From Spirochaetota bacterium (GTDB lineage: Bacteria; Spirochaetota; UBA4802; UBA5550), in NCBI GenBank assembly GCA_050298055.1, contig JBNKTL010000003.1, positions 1-64,000 of the forward strand: 64,000 nucleotides of DNA, written 5' to 3'. The first letter of the stretch is position 1, and every line of letters begins with the position of its first letter. Positions 44,022 through 57,000 of this stretch are shown here, in pieces. The position numbers were made by a program, and so were the translations under genes. The notes beneath the pieces were generated by a model. It made no database searches and was not told the DNA's origin. It worked only from the letters and a program-made list of their open reading frames with translations.

Positions 44022-44031
44022 CTCTCTTCAC

Positions 44032-44283
44032 CTATTTCGCCTTTTCAATAATTTCAACGAGCCTGTATCTCTTTTCTTTTGACAATGGTCGTGTCTCCTC
44101 CAGCCTCACTTTATCGCCAATTCCACACTGGTTATTCTTGTCGTGGCTCTTAACACGCTTTGATCTTCTCACAGACTTCTTATAAAGCGGATGCATAACA
44201 ATATTTTCGATCTCTACAACTATGGTCTTATCCATCTTATCGCTGACGACCTTACCAACAAGCTGTTTACTTTTTGATTTCAT
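44032..44283 (-). CDS. rpsQ: 30S ribosomal protein S17
   Basis: [23 protein letters not shown]. Confidence 0.97.
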   Translation of the reverse strand: MKSKSKQLVGKVVSDKMDKTIVVEIENIVMHPLYKKSVRRSKRVKSHDKNNQCGIGDKVRLEETRPLSKEKRYRLVEIIEKAK

Positions 44284-44308
44284 ATAACTACCAAACCCCA
44301 ACTATATA

Positions 44309-44518
44309 TTAGTTACCTTTCTTTTCTCTGATTCCCAGATCGTATTCTTTTTTCACTGTTAAAATTCGGGCGACCTGTTTTTTAAGTTCTTTTATCTTCT
44401 TCGGATTATCAACCTTGCCGGTAACCGACTGGAACCTCAGTTTTCTCAGATCCTCTTTTGAATCTCTGAGGCTTTTATCAAGTTCCTCGAATGTAAGCTC
44501 TTCAAGCTTTCCTTTCAT
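44309..44518 (-). CDS. rpmC: 50S ribosomal protein L29
   Basis: LRFQ..TG...NP..I...KK.VARILT. Confidence 0.95.
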   Translation of the reverse strand: MKGKLEELTFEELDKSLRDSKEDLRKLRFQSVTGKVDNPKKIKELKKQVARILTVKKEYDLGIREKKGN

Positions 44519-44529
44519 TTCTTTATCCT

Positions 44530-44943
44530 CTATGACTGCTCAAACGTAATTATCTTTGTACCTACGGGCAGCTTGTATGACGCGCTTTTCAGTGCCGCCT
44601 CTGCAAGCTCCGCATCAACACCGGCCAATTCGAAAAGGATTCTGCCCGGCTTTATCCTTGCTACCCAGTGATCGGGATTTCCCTTGCCCTTTCCCATCCG
44701 TGTTTCAGCCGGTTTTCTTGTTTCGGGATAGTCGGGAAAGATTCTTATCCAGAGTTTTCCGCCCCTTTTCACTTTCCTGGTTATGGCAATACGGGCAGCT
44801 TCAATCTGCCTGCTGGTAATTTTTCCGGCCTCAGTTGACTTTAATGCATGTTCACCAAATGCCAGGGAGGATCCTCTCTCTGCGACACCCTTTGATCTCC
44901 CCCTCTGCTGTTTTCTGTACTTTGTCCTTTTTGGCATTAACAT
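44530..44943 (-). CDS. rplP: 50S ribosomal protein L16
   Basis: [24 protein letters not shown]. Confidence 0.98.
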   Translation of the reverse strand: MLMPKRTKYRKQQRGRSKGVAERGSSLAFGEHALKSTEAGKITSRQIEAARIAITRKVKRGGKLWIRIFPDYPETRKPAETRMGKGKGNPDHWVARIKPGRILFELAGVDAELAEAALKSASYKLPVGTKIITFEQS

Positions 44944-44959
44944 AAACGATAACCTTCCG

Positions 44960-45640
44960 TTACTTTGTTTTTCTCTTTACCTGGTATTTATCTTCTTCAT
45001 TTTCCTGGTTCTTTGAGAGAATGTCTCCATTATATATCCAGACCTTGACACCGATAAGTCCAAATGTTGTGAGTGCCTCAGCAAACCCGTAGTCTATATC
45101 TGCTCTCAGGGTATGAAGGGGAATTCGTCCCTCCTTGTAAGACTCTGTCCTGGCCATCTCAGCATTGTTGAGACGCCCGGAAACTGTGATCTTTATCCCC
45201 AGGGCTCCGCTTCTCATGGCATTGTTTATTGCCTGTTTTACCGCTCTCCTGAAGGGAAATCTTCCTTCAATCTGGTTTGCTATCTGCTCGGCAATCAGTT
45301 TTGAATTTTTCTCCGGCTTTTTTAACTCAATAATATTTATATAGACATTCTTCGATGCGATTTTCTGAAGCTCGGTTTTCAGCACTTCAATGTCCACACC
45401 CTTTTTCCCAATAAGTACACCGGGCCGTGCCGCGTGGATATTTACATTTACCCTGTCAGGAAACCTTTCAATTGCGACCTTTGATATTCCCGCGTTCCTT
45501 TTCTCTTTTTCGATATATTTTTGGATTTCCAGGTCCTCATGGAGATTGTTGGAATATGTTTTGTTATCATCATACCACACGGAATCCCATGTCCTGGTAA
45601 TACCGATTCTCAGTCCTTTCGGATTAACCTTCTGACCCAT
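44960..45640 (-). CDS. rpsC: 30S ribosomal protein S3
   Basis: [28 protein letters not shown]. Confidence 0.98.
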   Translation of the reverse strand: MGQKVNPKGLRIGITRTWDSVWYDDNKTYSNNLHEDLEIQKYIEKEKRNAGISKVAIERFPDRVNVNIHAARPGVLIGKKGVDIEVLKTELQKIASKNVYINIIELKKPEKNSKLIAEQIANQIEGRFPFRRAVKQAINNAMRSGALGIKITVSGRLNNAEMARTESYKEGRIPLHTLRADIDYGFAEALTTFGLIGVKVWIYNGDILSKNQENEEDKYQVKRKTK

Positions 45641-45658
45641 AAAAAATATCCTTACTCT

Positions 45659-45997
45659 TTAGTTTTCATCGGAAAGCACTATTGAAATAGTACTTGTCCT
45701 TTTTCTTATTCTGGATGCCCTGCCCCGCGCCCGGGCACGAAACCTCTTCATTGTGGGACCTTCATCAACTGTTATCTTCTTGATAAAGAGTGTATCTTCA
45801 AGAAGGTCCGGATTCCTGTATTTCGCATTTGACCCTACTGAATACAGGGTCTTGAGAATAATATCAGCAGCCTTCTTCGGCATTGCCCTGAGAACGTCTA
45901 TGGCTTCCGGGAGAGAGTATCCCCTTATCTCATTTGCAACCAGCCTGGCCTTTTGAGCTGAAATCCTGTTATTTTTTGATACTGCAACAGCTTCCAT
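45659..45997 (-). CDS. rplV: 50S ribosomal protein L22
   Basis: SAQKARLV, VDEGPTMKR..RARGRA. Confidence 0.97.
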   Translation of the reverse strand: MEAVAVSKNNRISAQKARLVANEIRGYSLPEAIDVLRAMPKKAADIILKTLYSVGSNAKYRNPDLLEDTLFIKKITVDEGPTMKRFRARARGRASRIRKRTSTISIVLSDEN

Positions 45998-46000
45998 TTT

Positions 46001-46285
46001 CTATTTCCTCTTGGCAACTTTATCATCTTTACTGGTGTGTCCCCTGTACGTCCTGGTGGGGGAGAATTCACCAAGCTTGTGCCCGATCATGTTCTCTGTC
46101 ACATAGACCGGAATGAAGTTTTTACCGTTATATACCATTATTGTATGACCTATCATTTCCGGAAAGATGGTAGATCTTCTGGACCATGTTTTTATTGCCT
46201 TCTTGGTATTTGTGGAATTCATCTCTTCAATCTTCTTAAAGAGCTTTATGTCAACAAATGGACCCTTCTTTATCGACCTGGCCAT
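46001..46285 (-). CDS. rpsS: 30S ribosomal protein S19
   Basis: [21 protein letters not shown]. Confidence 0.98.
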   Translation of the reverse strand: MARSIKKGPFVDIKLFKKIEEMNSTNTKKAIKTWSRRSTIFPEMIGHTIMVYNGKNFIPVYVTENMIGHKLGEFSPTRTYRGHTSKDDKVAKRK

Positions 46286-46286
46286 A

Positions 46287-47111
46287 CTACTTTCTTCTCC
46301 TTACGATATACTTATCACTGTATTTATTCTTCTTTCTTGTCTTATATCCCTTTGTTGGAACACCGGTAGGCGAAACAGGATGCCTCCCGCCGGAGGACTT
46401 TCCTTCACCACCGCCGTGGGGGTGATCATGGGGATTCATGACGACACCCCTCACCTTCGGCCTTTTGTTCAACCACCGGGACCGTCCGGCTTTCCCTATT
46501 TTTATGTTGCTGTGTTCCTTATTTCCCACTTCTCCGATTGTCGCATAGCACTCTTTGTGAATCTTCCTTATTTCTCCCGACGGAAGTTTCACAAGACAGT
46601 AATTACCTTCCTTTGCCGTAAGAGTAGCACCTGTACCTGCGGACCGCGCAAGCTGGCCGCCTTTCCCCCTGTGCAGCTCAATGTTGTAGACAAGGGTTCC
46701 CAGGGGGATCCTATGGAGAGGCATTGCATTCCCTCTCTTTATCTCCACATTTTCTCCGGAATTGACGGTATCTCCCACCTTGAGCATTTCCGGCGCAATG
46801 ATATACCTTTTATCGCCGTCAATATACTGGATAAGGGCAATATTCGAACTTCTGTTGGGATCATATTCAATTGTTGCAACTTTCCCTTCGATGCCATACT
46901 TGTTGCGCTTAAAATCTATTACCCTGTATTTTTTCTTATGTCCGCCGCCTCTTCTTCTGACAGATATCCTTCCCTTGGCGCCACGGCCCGCGTATTCCTT
47001 CATACCCTTTGTAAGGGGCTTATAAGGTCTGCATTGTGTAATCTCCTCAAAATCTGAAACCGTCTTGTATCGTGAAGTCGGAGTTACCGGTTTAAACTTT
47101 TTTATTCCCAT
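46287..47111 (-). CDS. rplB: 50S ribosomal protein L2
   Basis: [25 protein letters not shown]. Confidence 0.98.
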   Translation of the reverse strand: MGIKKFKPVTPTSRYKTVSDFEEITQCRPYKPLTKGMKEYAGRGAKGRISVRRRGGGHKKKYRVIDFKRNKYGIEGKVATIEYDPNRSSNIALIQYIDGDKRYIIAPEMLKVGDTVNSGENVEIKRGNAMPLHRIPLGTLVYNIELHRGKGGQLARSAGTGATLTAKEGNYCLVKLPSGEIRKIHKECYATIGEVGNKEHSNIKIGKAGRSRWLNKRPKVRGVVMNPHDHPHGGGEGKSSGGRHPVSPTGVPTKGYKTRKKNKYSDKYIVRRRK

Positions 47112-47158
47112 CTTTAATCCCTTTGCGCTTCAGTTAGCTCTTTTCGATAATTTCCCTG

Positions 47159-47443
47159 TTACTGACCTTCGAAAACTTCTATCTTGTCACCCGCTTTAAG
47201 AGTAACAATGGCTTTCTTCCATGCCGCCTTTTTCCCGTACTGATACCTGACCCGCTTGGTCTTCCCGCGAACCAGCATCATATTCACCTTTTTGGGCCTT
47301 ACACCGAAAAGCGAAGTCACCGCGTTGGCAACCATCTGTTTACTGGCAACAACCGGAACCTTGAAAACATACTTGTGCTGTTCCATAAGTGCTGTTGTCT
47401 TTTCCGATATTATAGGCTTTATAATCAAATCATTGGGATTCAT
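47159..47443 (-). CDS. rplW: 50S ribosomal protein L23
   Basis: PIISEK, YVFKV, WKKAIVTL. Confidence 0.96.
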   Translation of the reverse strand: MNPNDLIIKPIISEKTTALMEQHKYVFKVPVVASKQMVANAVTSLFGVRPKKVNMMLVRGKTKRVRYQYGKKAAWKKAIVTLKAGDKIEVFEGQ

Positions 47444-47455
47444 AACGCTTAATCC

Positions 47456-48070
47456 TTATACAAGTTTTTCGTTCAAGAGCTTTACTGCGCTTTCAGTAAT
47501 GACCAGCTCCCGGGAGTTAAACAGGTCAAGGCCTGACATCCTGTTAACGTTGTTATAGGTGAACCATTTGAGGTTACCGATAGACCTCTTGAGCAGACTG
47601 TCTTCACTCTCTGTAATCAGGACACCCTTTGTAACCGCCAGGTTCTGCCCTATCTTTGCCATCTCTTTTGTCTTTCCTTCAACGGTGAAGTCCTCAACGA
47701 CCTTCACAAGGCCCTCTTTCACTTTCAGTGAAAGGAGGGACCTGTATGCCGCCTTTTTCATATTCTTTGAAAGGCTGATACTGTAATCTCTTGGCCGGGG
47801 CCCAAATACGGTCCCTCCGCCTCTCCATATGGGTGAACGGGAAGTTCCCGCCCTGGCGCGGCCCGTCCCTTTCTGTCTCCACGGTTTTGCTCCGCCTCCA
47901 CTGACTTCAACTCTACCCTTTGTTGAGTGAGTTCCCTGCCTGAGGTTCGCATGAGCCGCTTTTACCAGTTCATAAATAAGCGTATCATTTATTTCAGCTG
48001 CAAAGACACTGTCGTTGAGCTCTACCTCACCGGTTTTACTGCCTTTAATTGAATATTTTTCCAGTTTCAT
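47456..48070 (-). CDS. rplD: 50S ribosomal protein L4
   Basis: KPWRQKGTGRARAG, GGGTVFGP. Confidence 0.97.
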   Translation of the reverse strand: MKLEKYSIKGSKTGEVELNDSVFAAEINDTLIYELVKAAHANLRQGTHSTKGRVEVSGGGAKPWRQKGTGRARAGTSRSPIWRGGGTVFGPRPRDYSISLSKNMKKAAYRSLLSLKVKEGLVKVVEDFTVEGKTKEMAKIGQNLAVTKGVLITESEDSLLKRSIGNLKWFTYNNVNRMSGLDLFNSRELVITESAVKLLNEKLV

Positions 48071-48082
48071 AATTATAATAAC

Positions 48083-48703
48083 CTATTTGCCGACTACTTT
48101 AATAAGCGAATTCCTTCTTCCGGGTATGGCCCCTGAAATAAGGACGATATTTTTATCCTGGAATACCTTAATAATCTTCAGGTTCTTAACAGTAACCTTC
48201 TGGTTGCCGTAACGTCCCGGCATCCTCTGCCCTTTCCAGACTTCACCGGGATATGCGCAGGCGCCGATAGACCCCGGGGCCCTGTGGTGATGAGAACCAT
48301 GGGTTTTTTTACCCCCTGCAAATCCATATCTCTTCATGACACCTGCAAATCCATGCCCTTTTGAAATACCGGTTACGTTCACCAGGTCGTTCTCTTCAAA
48401 TATCGAACAGTTGAGTTCACTCCCCACATCCAGTGACTCATCGAACACTTCGCACTCTCCCATAAATTTCCGGGGAGTTATATTCTTTTTTATGTAGTCA
48501 CTTGCCAGGGGTTTCGGGAGCCTTTTCTCGACCTGGTCAGAATAACCCAGCTTGAGAGCGGAATATCCATCATTCTCTACTGTCTTTTTCTGCACAACAA
48601 CACAGGGACCAAGCTCGCATACCGTTACCGGTATGACCGTTCCGTCATCCTGAATAAATTGCGACATTCCTATTTTTTTTCCAAAAAGCGATTTCTTCAT
48701 CAC
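48083..48703 (-). CDS. rplC: 50S ribosomal protein L3
   Basis: GKKIGMSQ, SKGHGFAG, HRAPGSIG, GAIPG. Confidence 0.97.
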   Translation of the reverse strand: MMKKSLFGKKIGMSQFIQDDGTVIPVTVCELGPCVVVQKKTVENDGYSALKLGYSDQVEKRLPKPLASDYIKKNITPRKFMGECEVFDESLDVGSELNCSIFEENDLVNVTGISKGHGFAGVMKRYGFAGGKKTHGSHHHRAPGSIGACAYPGEVWKGQRMPGRYGNQKVTVKNLKIIKVFQDKNIVLISGAIPGRRNSLIKVVGK

Positions 48704-48803
48704 TCTATCCCATATAACTCTAAATTAAATACATTTCATTTAAATGGCCATTCTCCGCCATCAAGCTTAAGAAAGTTGGATATCTCAGCAGTAAATCAAT
48801 AAG

Positions 48804-49121
48804 CTACGACTTAATGTCAACCGATACACCGGCAGGAAGTTCCAGCTTCATTAAAGCTTCAACCGTATCTGAATTCGGATTTATGATATCAATCAACCTC
48901 TTATGAGTTCTGATCTCAAACTGCTCACGGGACTTCTTATTTACATGAGGTGACCTCAGAACACAGAATTTCTCAATTTTCGTGGGAAGAGGGACAGGAC
49001 CGGCTACCTTTGCACCGCTCCTGTTTGTAGTTGCCACAATCTTCTCCGCAGACTGATCAAGTAATTTTGCATCAAAAGACCTTAATTTAACCCGAATACA
49101 CTGTCCTGCTAATTTTGCCAC
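48804..49121 (-). CDS. rpsJ: 30S ribosomal protein S10
   Basis: [21 protein letters not shown]. Confidence 0.98.
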   Translation of the reverse strand: MAKLAGQCIRVKLRSFDAKLLDQSAEKIVATTNRSGAKVAGPVPLPTKIEKFCVLRSPHVNKKSREQFEIRTHKRLIDIINPNSDTVEALMKLELPAGVSVDIKS

Positions 49122-49285
49122 TTTTTATAATACCCGTTAAAAAAAATTTTATTCTGCTCTTAAGACAAAAATATTGTGATGCCAGACCTTCTTTACAGCC
49201 TGACATCACATTTCAATTACCCAGCAAATCGAACACCGGTACAATATGGTACCGATACGATAAAACAAAAGCCCGCTAAGAGCAG

Positions 49286-50500
49286 TTACTCTAAGACTTT
49301 TGTAACAACACCGGCACCGACAGTTCTTCCACCTTCACGGATAGCGAACCTGAGTTCTTCTTCCATTGCAACCGGCGTTATAAGTTCTACCTTCATATCG
49401 ATATCGTCACCCGGCATAACCATTTCAACTCCATCAGGAAGCGTAATGACGCCGGTAACGTCTGTAGTTCTGAAATAGAACTGGGGCCTGTAATTTGCAA
49501 AGAACGGGGTATGTCGCCCCCCTTCTTCTTTCTTGAGAATATAGACCCTTCCGTCAAATTTTGTATGAGGTGTGATAGAACCCGGCGCAGCAAGGACCTG
49601 TCCTCTCTGCACATCTTTCTTATCAATACCTCTCAGAAGACAGCCAACATTGTCGCCCGCTCTTCCTTCATCGAGGATCTTTCTGAACATCTCAACACCC
49701 GTACAAACGGTCTTCTTGGTTTCGGTAAAACCGATGATCTCAATATTGTCCCCGGTGTTGACGATACCTCTTTCAATCCTTCCCGTTACAACCGTTCCCC
49801 GACCCGTAATCGTAAAAACGTCTTCAATGGGCATAAGGAAAGGCTTATCAGTAACCCGCTGCGGCTCGGGGATATAGCTGTCAAGAGCTTCCGCAAGCTT
49901 AATAACTGTCTGGAACCATTCATCGTCTTTGTTTCCCGCGTCGGCTGCTTCGAGGGCCTTGAGGGCAGATCCCGGAATAATAGGGACTTCATCCCCGGGG
50001 AAATCGTTTTTGTCCAGAAGCTCCCTGATCTCCATCTCAACCAGTTCGATCATCTCGTCCCTGTCTGAAGGATCGAGCATATCAGCCTTGTTAAGATATA
50101 CAATGATATAAGGAACATTAACCTGCTTGGCAAGAAGAACGTGCTCTCTTGTCTGGGGCATGGCACCGTCTGTTGCAGCAACAACAAGAATCGCAGCATC
50201 CATCTGGGCGGCACCGGTTATCATGTTCTTTATATAGTCAGCGTGACCCGGACAGTCAACATGGGCGTAGTGCCTCTTATCTGTTTCATACTCCTGGTGA
50301 GAAGTCGCAATGGTGATACCTCTGGCTTTTTCCTCAGGTGCATTATCAATCTGATCGAAATCAACGGCTTTACCGGTACCGTAAAAAAGGTTAAGGCACT
50401 TGGTAATAGCAGAAGTAAGAGTGGTCTTGCCATGGTCGATATGACCGATAGTTCCTACATTCACATGCGGCTTCGACCTGTCAAATTTTTCTTTTGCCAT
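49286..50500 (-). CDS. tuf: Elongation factor Tu
   Basis: [31 protein letters not shown]. Confidence 0.99.
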   Translation of the reverse strand: MAKEKFDRSKPHVNVGTIGHIDHGKTTLTSAITKCLNLFYGTGKAVDFDQIDNAPEEKARGITIATSHQEYETDKRHYAHVDCPGHADYIKNMITGAAQMDAAILVVAATDGAMPQTREHVLLAKQVNVPYIIVYLNKADMLDPSDRDEMIELVEMEIRELLDKNDFPGDEVPIIPGSALKALEAADAGNKDDEWFQTVIKLAEALDSYIPEPQRVTDKPFLMPIEDVFTITGRGTVVTGRIERGIVNTGDNIEIIGFTETKKTVCTGVEMFRKILDEGRAGDNVGCLLRGIDKKDVQRGQVLAAPGSITPHTKFDGRVYILKKEEGGRHTPFFANYRPQFYFRTTDVTGVITLPDGVEMVMPGDDIDMKVELITPVAMEEELRFAIREGGRTVGAGVVTKVLE

Positions 50501-50703
50501 TTGGATAACTCCTTATTTTATTAACTCTCTTAATAATTCTTTTGTTTTAATTAAAATATCATATTATTTAAATATGTTAATATTGCGAAAAAAATTTAAA
50601 ATTCTTTTTTTTTCAGTACCCGTATAAGAGTTTTATGAATAAAAAAATATATGCTAAATCTGTCAAGTAATTTTAAAATTAATTCAATTTCTCTAAAAAA
50701 AAA

Positions 50704-52791
50704 TCAATAAAACAGGCCGCTCATTCTTCCCAGGATGTTATCCGTAATATTTTTCGGGACCTGTTCATAGTGTGAGAACTGAAGTGTATGAGACGCCCTT
50801 CCCTGGCTCATGGACCTCACGCTTGTGGCGTACCCGAATGTCTCCGACAGGGGAACAAGTGCATGGATGATCTTCAGAAGTCCCCTGTAATTTATATCCT
50901 CAACCCTGCCTCTCCGCGTATTAATATCATTTATTATGTCCCCTGAGTATTCTTCCGGAGTGACAACTTCAAGTTTCATCACAGGTTCCATGAGGGTCGG
51001 ATCGGCTTTCTTTGCACCTTCCCTTAACGCCATGTTTGCCGCTATTCTGTATCCCATATCAACCGAATCACCTTCATTGTATGAACCGCCGATAAGAGTT
51101 GCCCTGATGTCAACCATCTTATACCCGGCAACCACACCCGCTTCCAGGGAATCGCGAAGGCCGGCTTCCACATCTTTGATAAACTCCCCGGGTATCTCCC
51201 CGCCCCCGAGTCCGTTTTCAAAGGCAAAACCGCTCCCCGCATCACCCGGCTCAAGCCTGATAACAACATGACCGAACTGGTTCTTCCCCCCGATCTGTTT
51301 CTCATACTTCTGCTCGGAATCCACAGACTTTGTAATTGTCTCCTTGTAGGTCACCTGGGGCTTCCCCACGTTAGCGCTGATATTGAACTCACGCATAAGC
51401 CTGTCCACGATTATTTCAAGGTGAAGCTCACCCATTCCGGATATGATGAGCTGCCCGGTATCGGAATTGTTGTCCGCCACAAATGTGGGGTCCTCCACTT
51501 CCAGCCTTTTCAGGGTTGCAAGGAGCTTCTCCTGGTCGGCCTTGGTTTTCGGTTCAATAGCGATGGATATCACCGGGTCCGGGAACTCCATTTTCTCAAG
51601 AAGTACTGGGTTCTTCTCATCCGAAAGGGTCTCTCCTGTGATAATGTTCTTAAGCCCCACAACGGCAACAATATCGCCGGTATAAACCTGTTTAATTTCC
51701 TCCCGGTTGTTTGCATGCATCCTGAGGAACTTATTGATCCTCTCCTTTTTATTGGCGGACACATTAAGCACCGTCTCGCCTGTCTTCACTGTCCCGGAGT
51801 AAACACGCATATAGCTGAGTCTTCCCACATGGGGATCGGACATGATCTTGAATACAAGCCCGCAGAAAGGCTCTTTGTCATCCGCCTTCCTCTCAATCAT
51901 TATTTCGTGGTCCGTTACATCATGGCCCTCTACCGGCTTTATATCCGCAGGTGACGGAAGGTACTGTACGATGGCATCCAGTATCGGCTGCACCCCTTTG
52001 TTCTTCAGGGCCGAACCGCAGAAGACGGGAAAGAACAATGATTCCACTGTTCCCTTCCTTACGGCCATTTCCAGTTCCTCACTATCCGGGACCTCACCGT
52101 GGATATACTTCTCCATGATCGCATCATCAAACTCTCCCAGTTTCTCCATGAGCTCTTCACGGTGCTTCTCCGCTTCTTCCTTCATCTCATCGGGAATTTC
52201 CGATTCGTTAACCTTCTCCCCTTTTTCACCGCTCCAGGTCAGGGCCTTCATATGTACCAGGTCAATAACACCCCGGAAGGAATCTTCAACACCTACGGGT
52301 ATCTGAAGAGGCAGGGGGACAGCATGAAGTCTCTCCTTTATCATCTCCACGCATCTCCAGTAGTCCGCTCCCAGCCTGTCCATTTTATTTACAAAACATA
52401 TCCTGGGCACATGATACCTGTCTGCCTGGCGCCAGACAGTCTCGGACTGGGGTTCAACTCCCGCCACACCGTCAAAGACCGCAATTGCCGAATCGAGGAC
52501 CCTGAGGCTCCTCTCAACCTCCATGGTAAAGTCCACATGGCCCGGGGTGTCGATAATATTAATCCGGGTATTTTTCCACGAGCAGGTCGTAGCGGCCGCG
52601 GTAATGGTTATCCCCCGCTCTTTCTCCTGGACCATCCAGTCCATTTCGGCCGTCCCGTCGTGGACTTCCCCGATCTTATGTGTTTTTCCCGTATAGTAGA
52701 GTATCCTCTCGGTGAGGGTGGTCTTTCCCGCATCGATATGGGCCATAATGCCGATATTTCTGGTTCTTGTCAGTGGTAATTCACGAGCCAT
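50704..52791 (-). CDS. fusA: Elongation factor G
   Basis: [28 protein letters not shown]. Confidence 0.99.
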   Translation of the reverse strand: MARELPLTRTRNIGIMAHIDAGKTTLTERILYYTGKTHKIGEVHDGTAEMDWMVQEKERGITITAAATTCSWKNTRINIIDTPGHVDFTMEVERSLRVLDSAIAVFDGVAGVEPQSETVWRQADRYHVPRICFVNKMDRLGADYWRCVEMIKERLHAVPLPLQIPVGVEDSFRGVIDLVHMKALTWSGEKGEKVNESEIPDEMKEEAEKHREELMEKLGEFDDAIMEKYIHGEVPDSEELEMAVRKGTVESLFFPVFCGSALKNKGVQPILDAIVQYLPSPADIKPVEGHDVTDHEIMIERKADDKEPFCGLVFKIMSDPHVGRLSYMRVYSGTVKTGETVLNVSANKKERINKFLRMHANNREEIKQVYTGDIVAVVGLKNIITGETLSDEKNPVLLEKMEFPDPVISIAIEPKTKADQEKLLATLKRLEVEDPTFVADNNSDTGQLIISGMGELHLEIIVDRLMREFNISANVGKPQVTYKETITKSVDSEQKYEKQIGGKNQFGHVVIRLEPGDAGSGFAFENGLGGGEIPGEFIKDVEAGLRDSLEAGVVAGYKMVDIRATLIGGSYNEGDSVDMGYRIAANMALREGAKKADPTLMEPVMKLEVVTPEEYSGDIINDINTRRGRVEDINYRGLLKIIHALVPLSETFGYATSVRSMSQGRASHTLQFSHYEQVPKNITDNILGRMSGLFY

Positions 52792-52812
52792 GTTAAACCT
52801 TTGTTCTGTTTT

Positions 52813-52942
52813 AAATCCCCCCGGCCCCCTTTAGTAAAGGGGGAGGAATCCAATTTTTAACCCCCTTTATCAAAAGGGGACAAACTCAATCTTCAACCCC
52901 CTTTATCAAAGGGGGTGGCGAACCAAGTGAGCCGGGGGATTT
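52813..52942. repeat. Three CCCCCTTT-N3-AAAGGGGG palindromes at a 36-bp period inside terminal inverted repeats
   Basis: Units start at 52825, 52861 and 52897; outer arms AAATCCCCCCGGC and GCCGGGGGATTT. Confidence 0.88.
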
Positions 52943-53009
52943 CTTCCTGTTCAAAACATAAACACCGAATACCAGGCATCACCTGGTATTCAAAATAAGT
53001 ATTCTGTAT

Positions 53010-53044
53010 ATTAAACAGGAGGACTGTCATCCTCCTGCTGTTTT
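53010..53044 (-). terminator. Candidate terminator hairpin after rpsG
   Basis: CAGGAGGA-N6-TCCTCCTG stem followed by TTTAAT on the minus strand; second hairpin at 52967-52991. Confidence 0.5.
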
Positions 53045-53056
53045 CAATTAATGTTT

Positions 53057-53524
53057 TTAAAACTTAAAATGCGCAAAAGCTTTGTTTGCTTCAGCCATTT
53101 TATGTGTATCTTCTTTTTTCTTAATGGAGCTCCCGGTCTTATTAAATGCATCAAGAAGTTCACCAGCCAGTCTCTGATGCATGGTCTTTTCGGGCCGTGT
53201 CCGGGAATAGTTTATCAGCCATCTTATTCCAAGGGCCTGCCTTCTCTCCGGTCTTATTTCAATTGGCACCTGGTAGGTGGCACCGCCAACTCTTCTCGAT
53301 TTTACTTCAGCCATAGGCTTCACGTTCTCCAGCGCCTGGATAAAAACTTCCAGGGGATCCTTGTCTGTTTTCTCTTTCAGGATATCCATAGCTCTGTAAA
53401 ATATCGATTCTGAAACACCCTTCTTTCCCGCAAGCATCATGCAGTTGATAAACTTGGTTATCAGCATGCTGCCATACTTTGGATCGGGTAATATTTCTCT
53501 TTTCGGAGGTCTCCTTCTTCGCAT
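53057..53524 (-). CDS. rpsG: 30S ribosomal protein S7
   Basis: [27 protein letters not shown]. Confidence 0.98.
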   Translation of the reverse strand: MRRRRPPKREILPDPKYGSMLITKFINCMMLAGKKGVSESIFYRAMDILKEKTDKDPLEVFIQALENVKPMAEVKSRRVGGATYQVPIEIRPERRQALGIRWLINYSRTRPEKTMHQRLAGELLDAFNKTGSSIKKKEDTHKMAEANKAFAHFKF

Positions 53525-53548
53525 TATCTTCCTCGTCTCTCTCTTGTA

Positions 53549-53923
53549 TTATGCTTTTGGTCGCTTTGTACCGTATTTTGATCTTCCCTTTTTTCTGTCC
53601 TCAACACCAAGGGCGTCCAGAGTACCCCTTATCATGTGATACCTTACACCCGGAAGGTCCTTGACCCTTCCGCCACGGATCAACACTGCAGAGTGCTCCT
53701 GCAAATTGTGTCCCACACCGGGAATATAGACCGTCACTTCAATACCATTGGTAAGTCTTACCCGTGCAACTTTTCTCAGTGCAGAATTGGGTTTCTTGGG
53801 AGTAAATGTCATGACCCGTGTGCATACGCCCCTTTTCTGAGGGCATTGTTTCAACGCCGGTGATTTCGATTTTTTCAGTTTACTCTTTCGTCCTTTTCTT
53901 ATCAGTTGATTAATTGTTGGCAT
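53549..53923 (-). CDS. rpsL: 30S ribosomal protein S12
   Basis: [27 protein letters not shown]. Confidence 0.99.
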   Translation of the reverse strand: MPTINQLIRKGRKSKLKKSKSPALKQCPQKRGVCTRVMTFTPKKPNSALRKVARVRLTNGIEVTVYIPGVGHNLQEHSAVLIRGGRVKDLPGVRYHMIRGTLDALGVEDRKKGRSKYGTKRPKA

Positions 53924-54018
53924 TTTTACTCCTGTTTTTCTTCGTCTCTGACAAAAAATTTTCGTATATGCTTAATTCATCCCTTTTTTTGTCAAGAAAA
54001 TTAATCCATTAATTATGG

Positions 54019-57000
54019 TTACTGTTCCTTTTGAGTTTCAGCAGATTTTTTCACTTCTTCGACTGCTTCTTTTCCCGTCTCTGTCTCTTCACCTTCCGGC
54101 GGCTCATAAACAGCCTCAAGGTCACCGGGTTCTTCCTGAAAAACCTCAATATTCTCATATATCCGGGAGCCTGTACCGGCGGGGATAAGGTGCCCGATAA
54201 TAACATTTTCCTTCAATCCCCTGAGCTGGTCGACTTTTCCTTTGATACCGGCATCTGTAAGGACCCTGGTTGTCTCCTGGAACGAGGCCGCCGAGATGAA
54301 TGACTCGGTGTTCAGGGCAGCCTTTGTAATACCCATAAGTACGGGAAGGGCCGTAGCGGGCTTTCCCCCCTCCTTGAGGACCCTGTCGTTCTCTTCAAGA
54401 AAATCAAACTTGTCCACTATCTGCTCAATGACAAAATTTGAGTCTCCCTGATCGCTGACCTTTACCTTACGAAGCATCTGCCTTACAATGGTCTCAATAT
54501 GTTTGTCGTTTATGGCTACACCCTGGAGCCTGTATACTTCCTGAATCTCGTTCACAAGGAACTTCTGAAGTTCACGGGGACCTTTTATCTGCAGGATCTC
54601 GTGGGGATCAACAGGCCCGTCATCGATCTTTTCTCCCTTCTCGATCCAGTCACCGTCCTGCACCCTGAGGAACTTGGTAACGGGGATGGAATACTCTTTC
54701 TCGTCACCACCCTTGGATTTAACAATGATCTTTCTCTTCTTTTTAACGGTATCACCTATGGTTATAACACCGCCAAACTCCGTAAGGGTTGCCGCATCCT
54801 TGGGCGTCCTGGCTTCAAAGAGCTCCGCGACCCGGGGAAGACCGCCGGTGATGTCCTTGGTCATCTCCGCCCCTCTGGGTATTTTACAGAGGATTGTTCC
54901 CGCTGTAACCTTGTCTCCGTCATTTACCATGAGATTAGCGCCCTTGGGGAGGAGATAGGTTATCGGTTCTTCCGCAGAACTGAGGATATTAATCCTCGGC
55001 TCAAGTTTTTCCGTTTTGTATTCAACAATAACGCCCCGGGTTACATTTGTCTGGGGATCGATCTCCTCCCTGAGACTCTTATTAAGCTCAATATCGTTGA
55101 ATTCGACCTTTCCGCCGATCTCAGTGAGTATGGGCTCAAACCAGGGATCAAATTCCGCAAGGACCGTGTTCATATCATAGAATTTGTCGGTCTTTACAAA
55201 GATCTCGGTTCCAACATTAATGGGAATTGAAATGGGGTCCCCGAGGATGTAGAGTTTCTTCTTATCAATTTTTATGATACCTGAACTTTTGGCAACGACC
55301 TCTTCGCTTCTGCCGATCTTCCCCAGGACAATACCGGAATAGACCCTGTCGTCGTCCTTTACCTTGAGCTTGACATCGGTTTTAATCGGTATTTCTGATA
55401 TGACCCTCTGGACGATGAGATACCCTTTCCTGACACTGATGATCTTCTTGTCCTCTGTCTTGATTGTTTTGGGCGTCAATTCCTTCACAAAAATCGGGTA
55501 TGTCATCTTGATCTCATTCTCTTCAACCGACCGGGATGCGATTCCTCCGATATGGAAGGTCCTCATTGTAAGCTGTGTGCCGGGCTGTCCGATTGACTGG
55601 GCGGCAATAATTCCCACTGCCTCTCCGATATCCACCGGGTCACCGTTACCGAGGTTACGTCCGTAACACTTCGAACAAACCCCGTGCTTGGCTTCACAGG
55701 TAAGGACCGACCTGATCTCTATTGTGTCGATATTCAACTGGTCCAGGAGTTCTGCCGCATCCTCATCGATGATGTCGTCTGCCTTACAGATGACTTCTCC
55801 TGATACGGGATGGACGATATCATAGAGAAGTGTCCTTCCCAGGGCCCGTGATCCCAGGGACTCGATGATATCATCGCCTTCTTTGATAGAAGAAATATCA
55901 ATACCTACCGTGGTACCGCAGTCAATTATGCCAATGACAACATCCTGCGCGATATCAACAAGCCTTCTTGTGAGATAACCGGCATCCGCCGTCTTGAGAG
56001 CAGTGTCCGCGAGACCTTTTCGCGCTCCGTTCGTGGAAATAAAGTACTCCAGTACGGTAAGACCTTCTTTAAAATTGGCCCTGATAGGGACCTCGATGAT
56101 CTCACCGCTGGGCTTGGCCATCAGCCCCCTCATTCCCGCAAGCTGTCTTATCTGCGCCTTGCTTCCCCGGGCCCCGGACTGGGCCATAACATACACCGGG
56201 TTGAGTCCCTGCTGGTCTCTGGAGAGCTCCTCAAACATCTTGTCAGCGATCATCTCGTTGGCATTTGTCCAGAGGTTAATAACCCTGTTGTATCTTTCAT
56301 CATCGGTGATAAAGCCGTTTCGATATTCATTTTCGATAACTTCGACCTTTTTGTCCTCCTCCAGGACAATTCCTTTCTTCTCCTGGGGAATGATGATATC
56401 AGACATTGAAATTGTCGGCGCAAAATATGTGGCAAAAGAATAGCCGCAATCCTTGATATCATCAAGCATCTTCACAGTAACATCAGGACCGTAGTACCTT
56501 ATGACCCTGGCAATAATGCTGGCCAGGTCTTTATCGTTGACCACATAGTTAACGTATTCAAATCCTTCGGGGAGGAGCTTATTGAAGTAGAGCCTGCCCG
56601 CTGTTGTTTCAAGGATTTCATTATCTTCTTTCAAATATTTTATCTGTGTCCTGTAGCTGATCTGGCCGTAATCAACCGCCCTGAAGACCTCGGACTCCTC
56701 ATCGAAGAGCTTTCCTTCGCCCTTCTCCCCCTCAACCAGGGAAGTGAGATAGTAAACCCCCAGTACAATATCCTGGGTCGGAGATATGACCGGATGCCCG
56801 TTTGCCGGCGAGAGGAGGTTATTCGACGAGAGCATCAGTGTCCAGCATTCCAGCTGCGCCCGGGGTGACAGAGGGACATGAACTGCCATCTGGTCACCGT
56901 CAAAATCTGCGTTATAGGCGTGACAGACCAGGGGATGAAGCTTAATCGCCTTTCCCTCAACAAGGACAGGAACGAAGGCCTGGATTCCCAGCCTGTGAAG

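Noticed and set aside
52825..52915. Second CRISPR array
   Set aside because: Repeats (19 bp) and spacers (17 bp) are too short, spacers resemble each other, and the unit is enclosed in inverted termini; treated as a REP-like element
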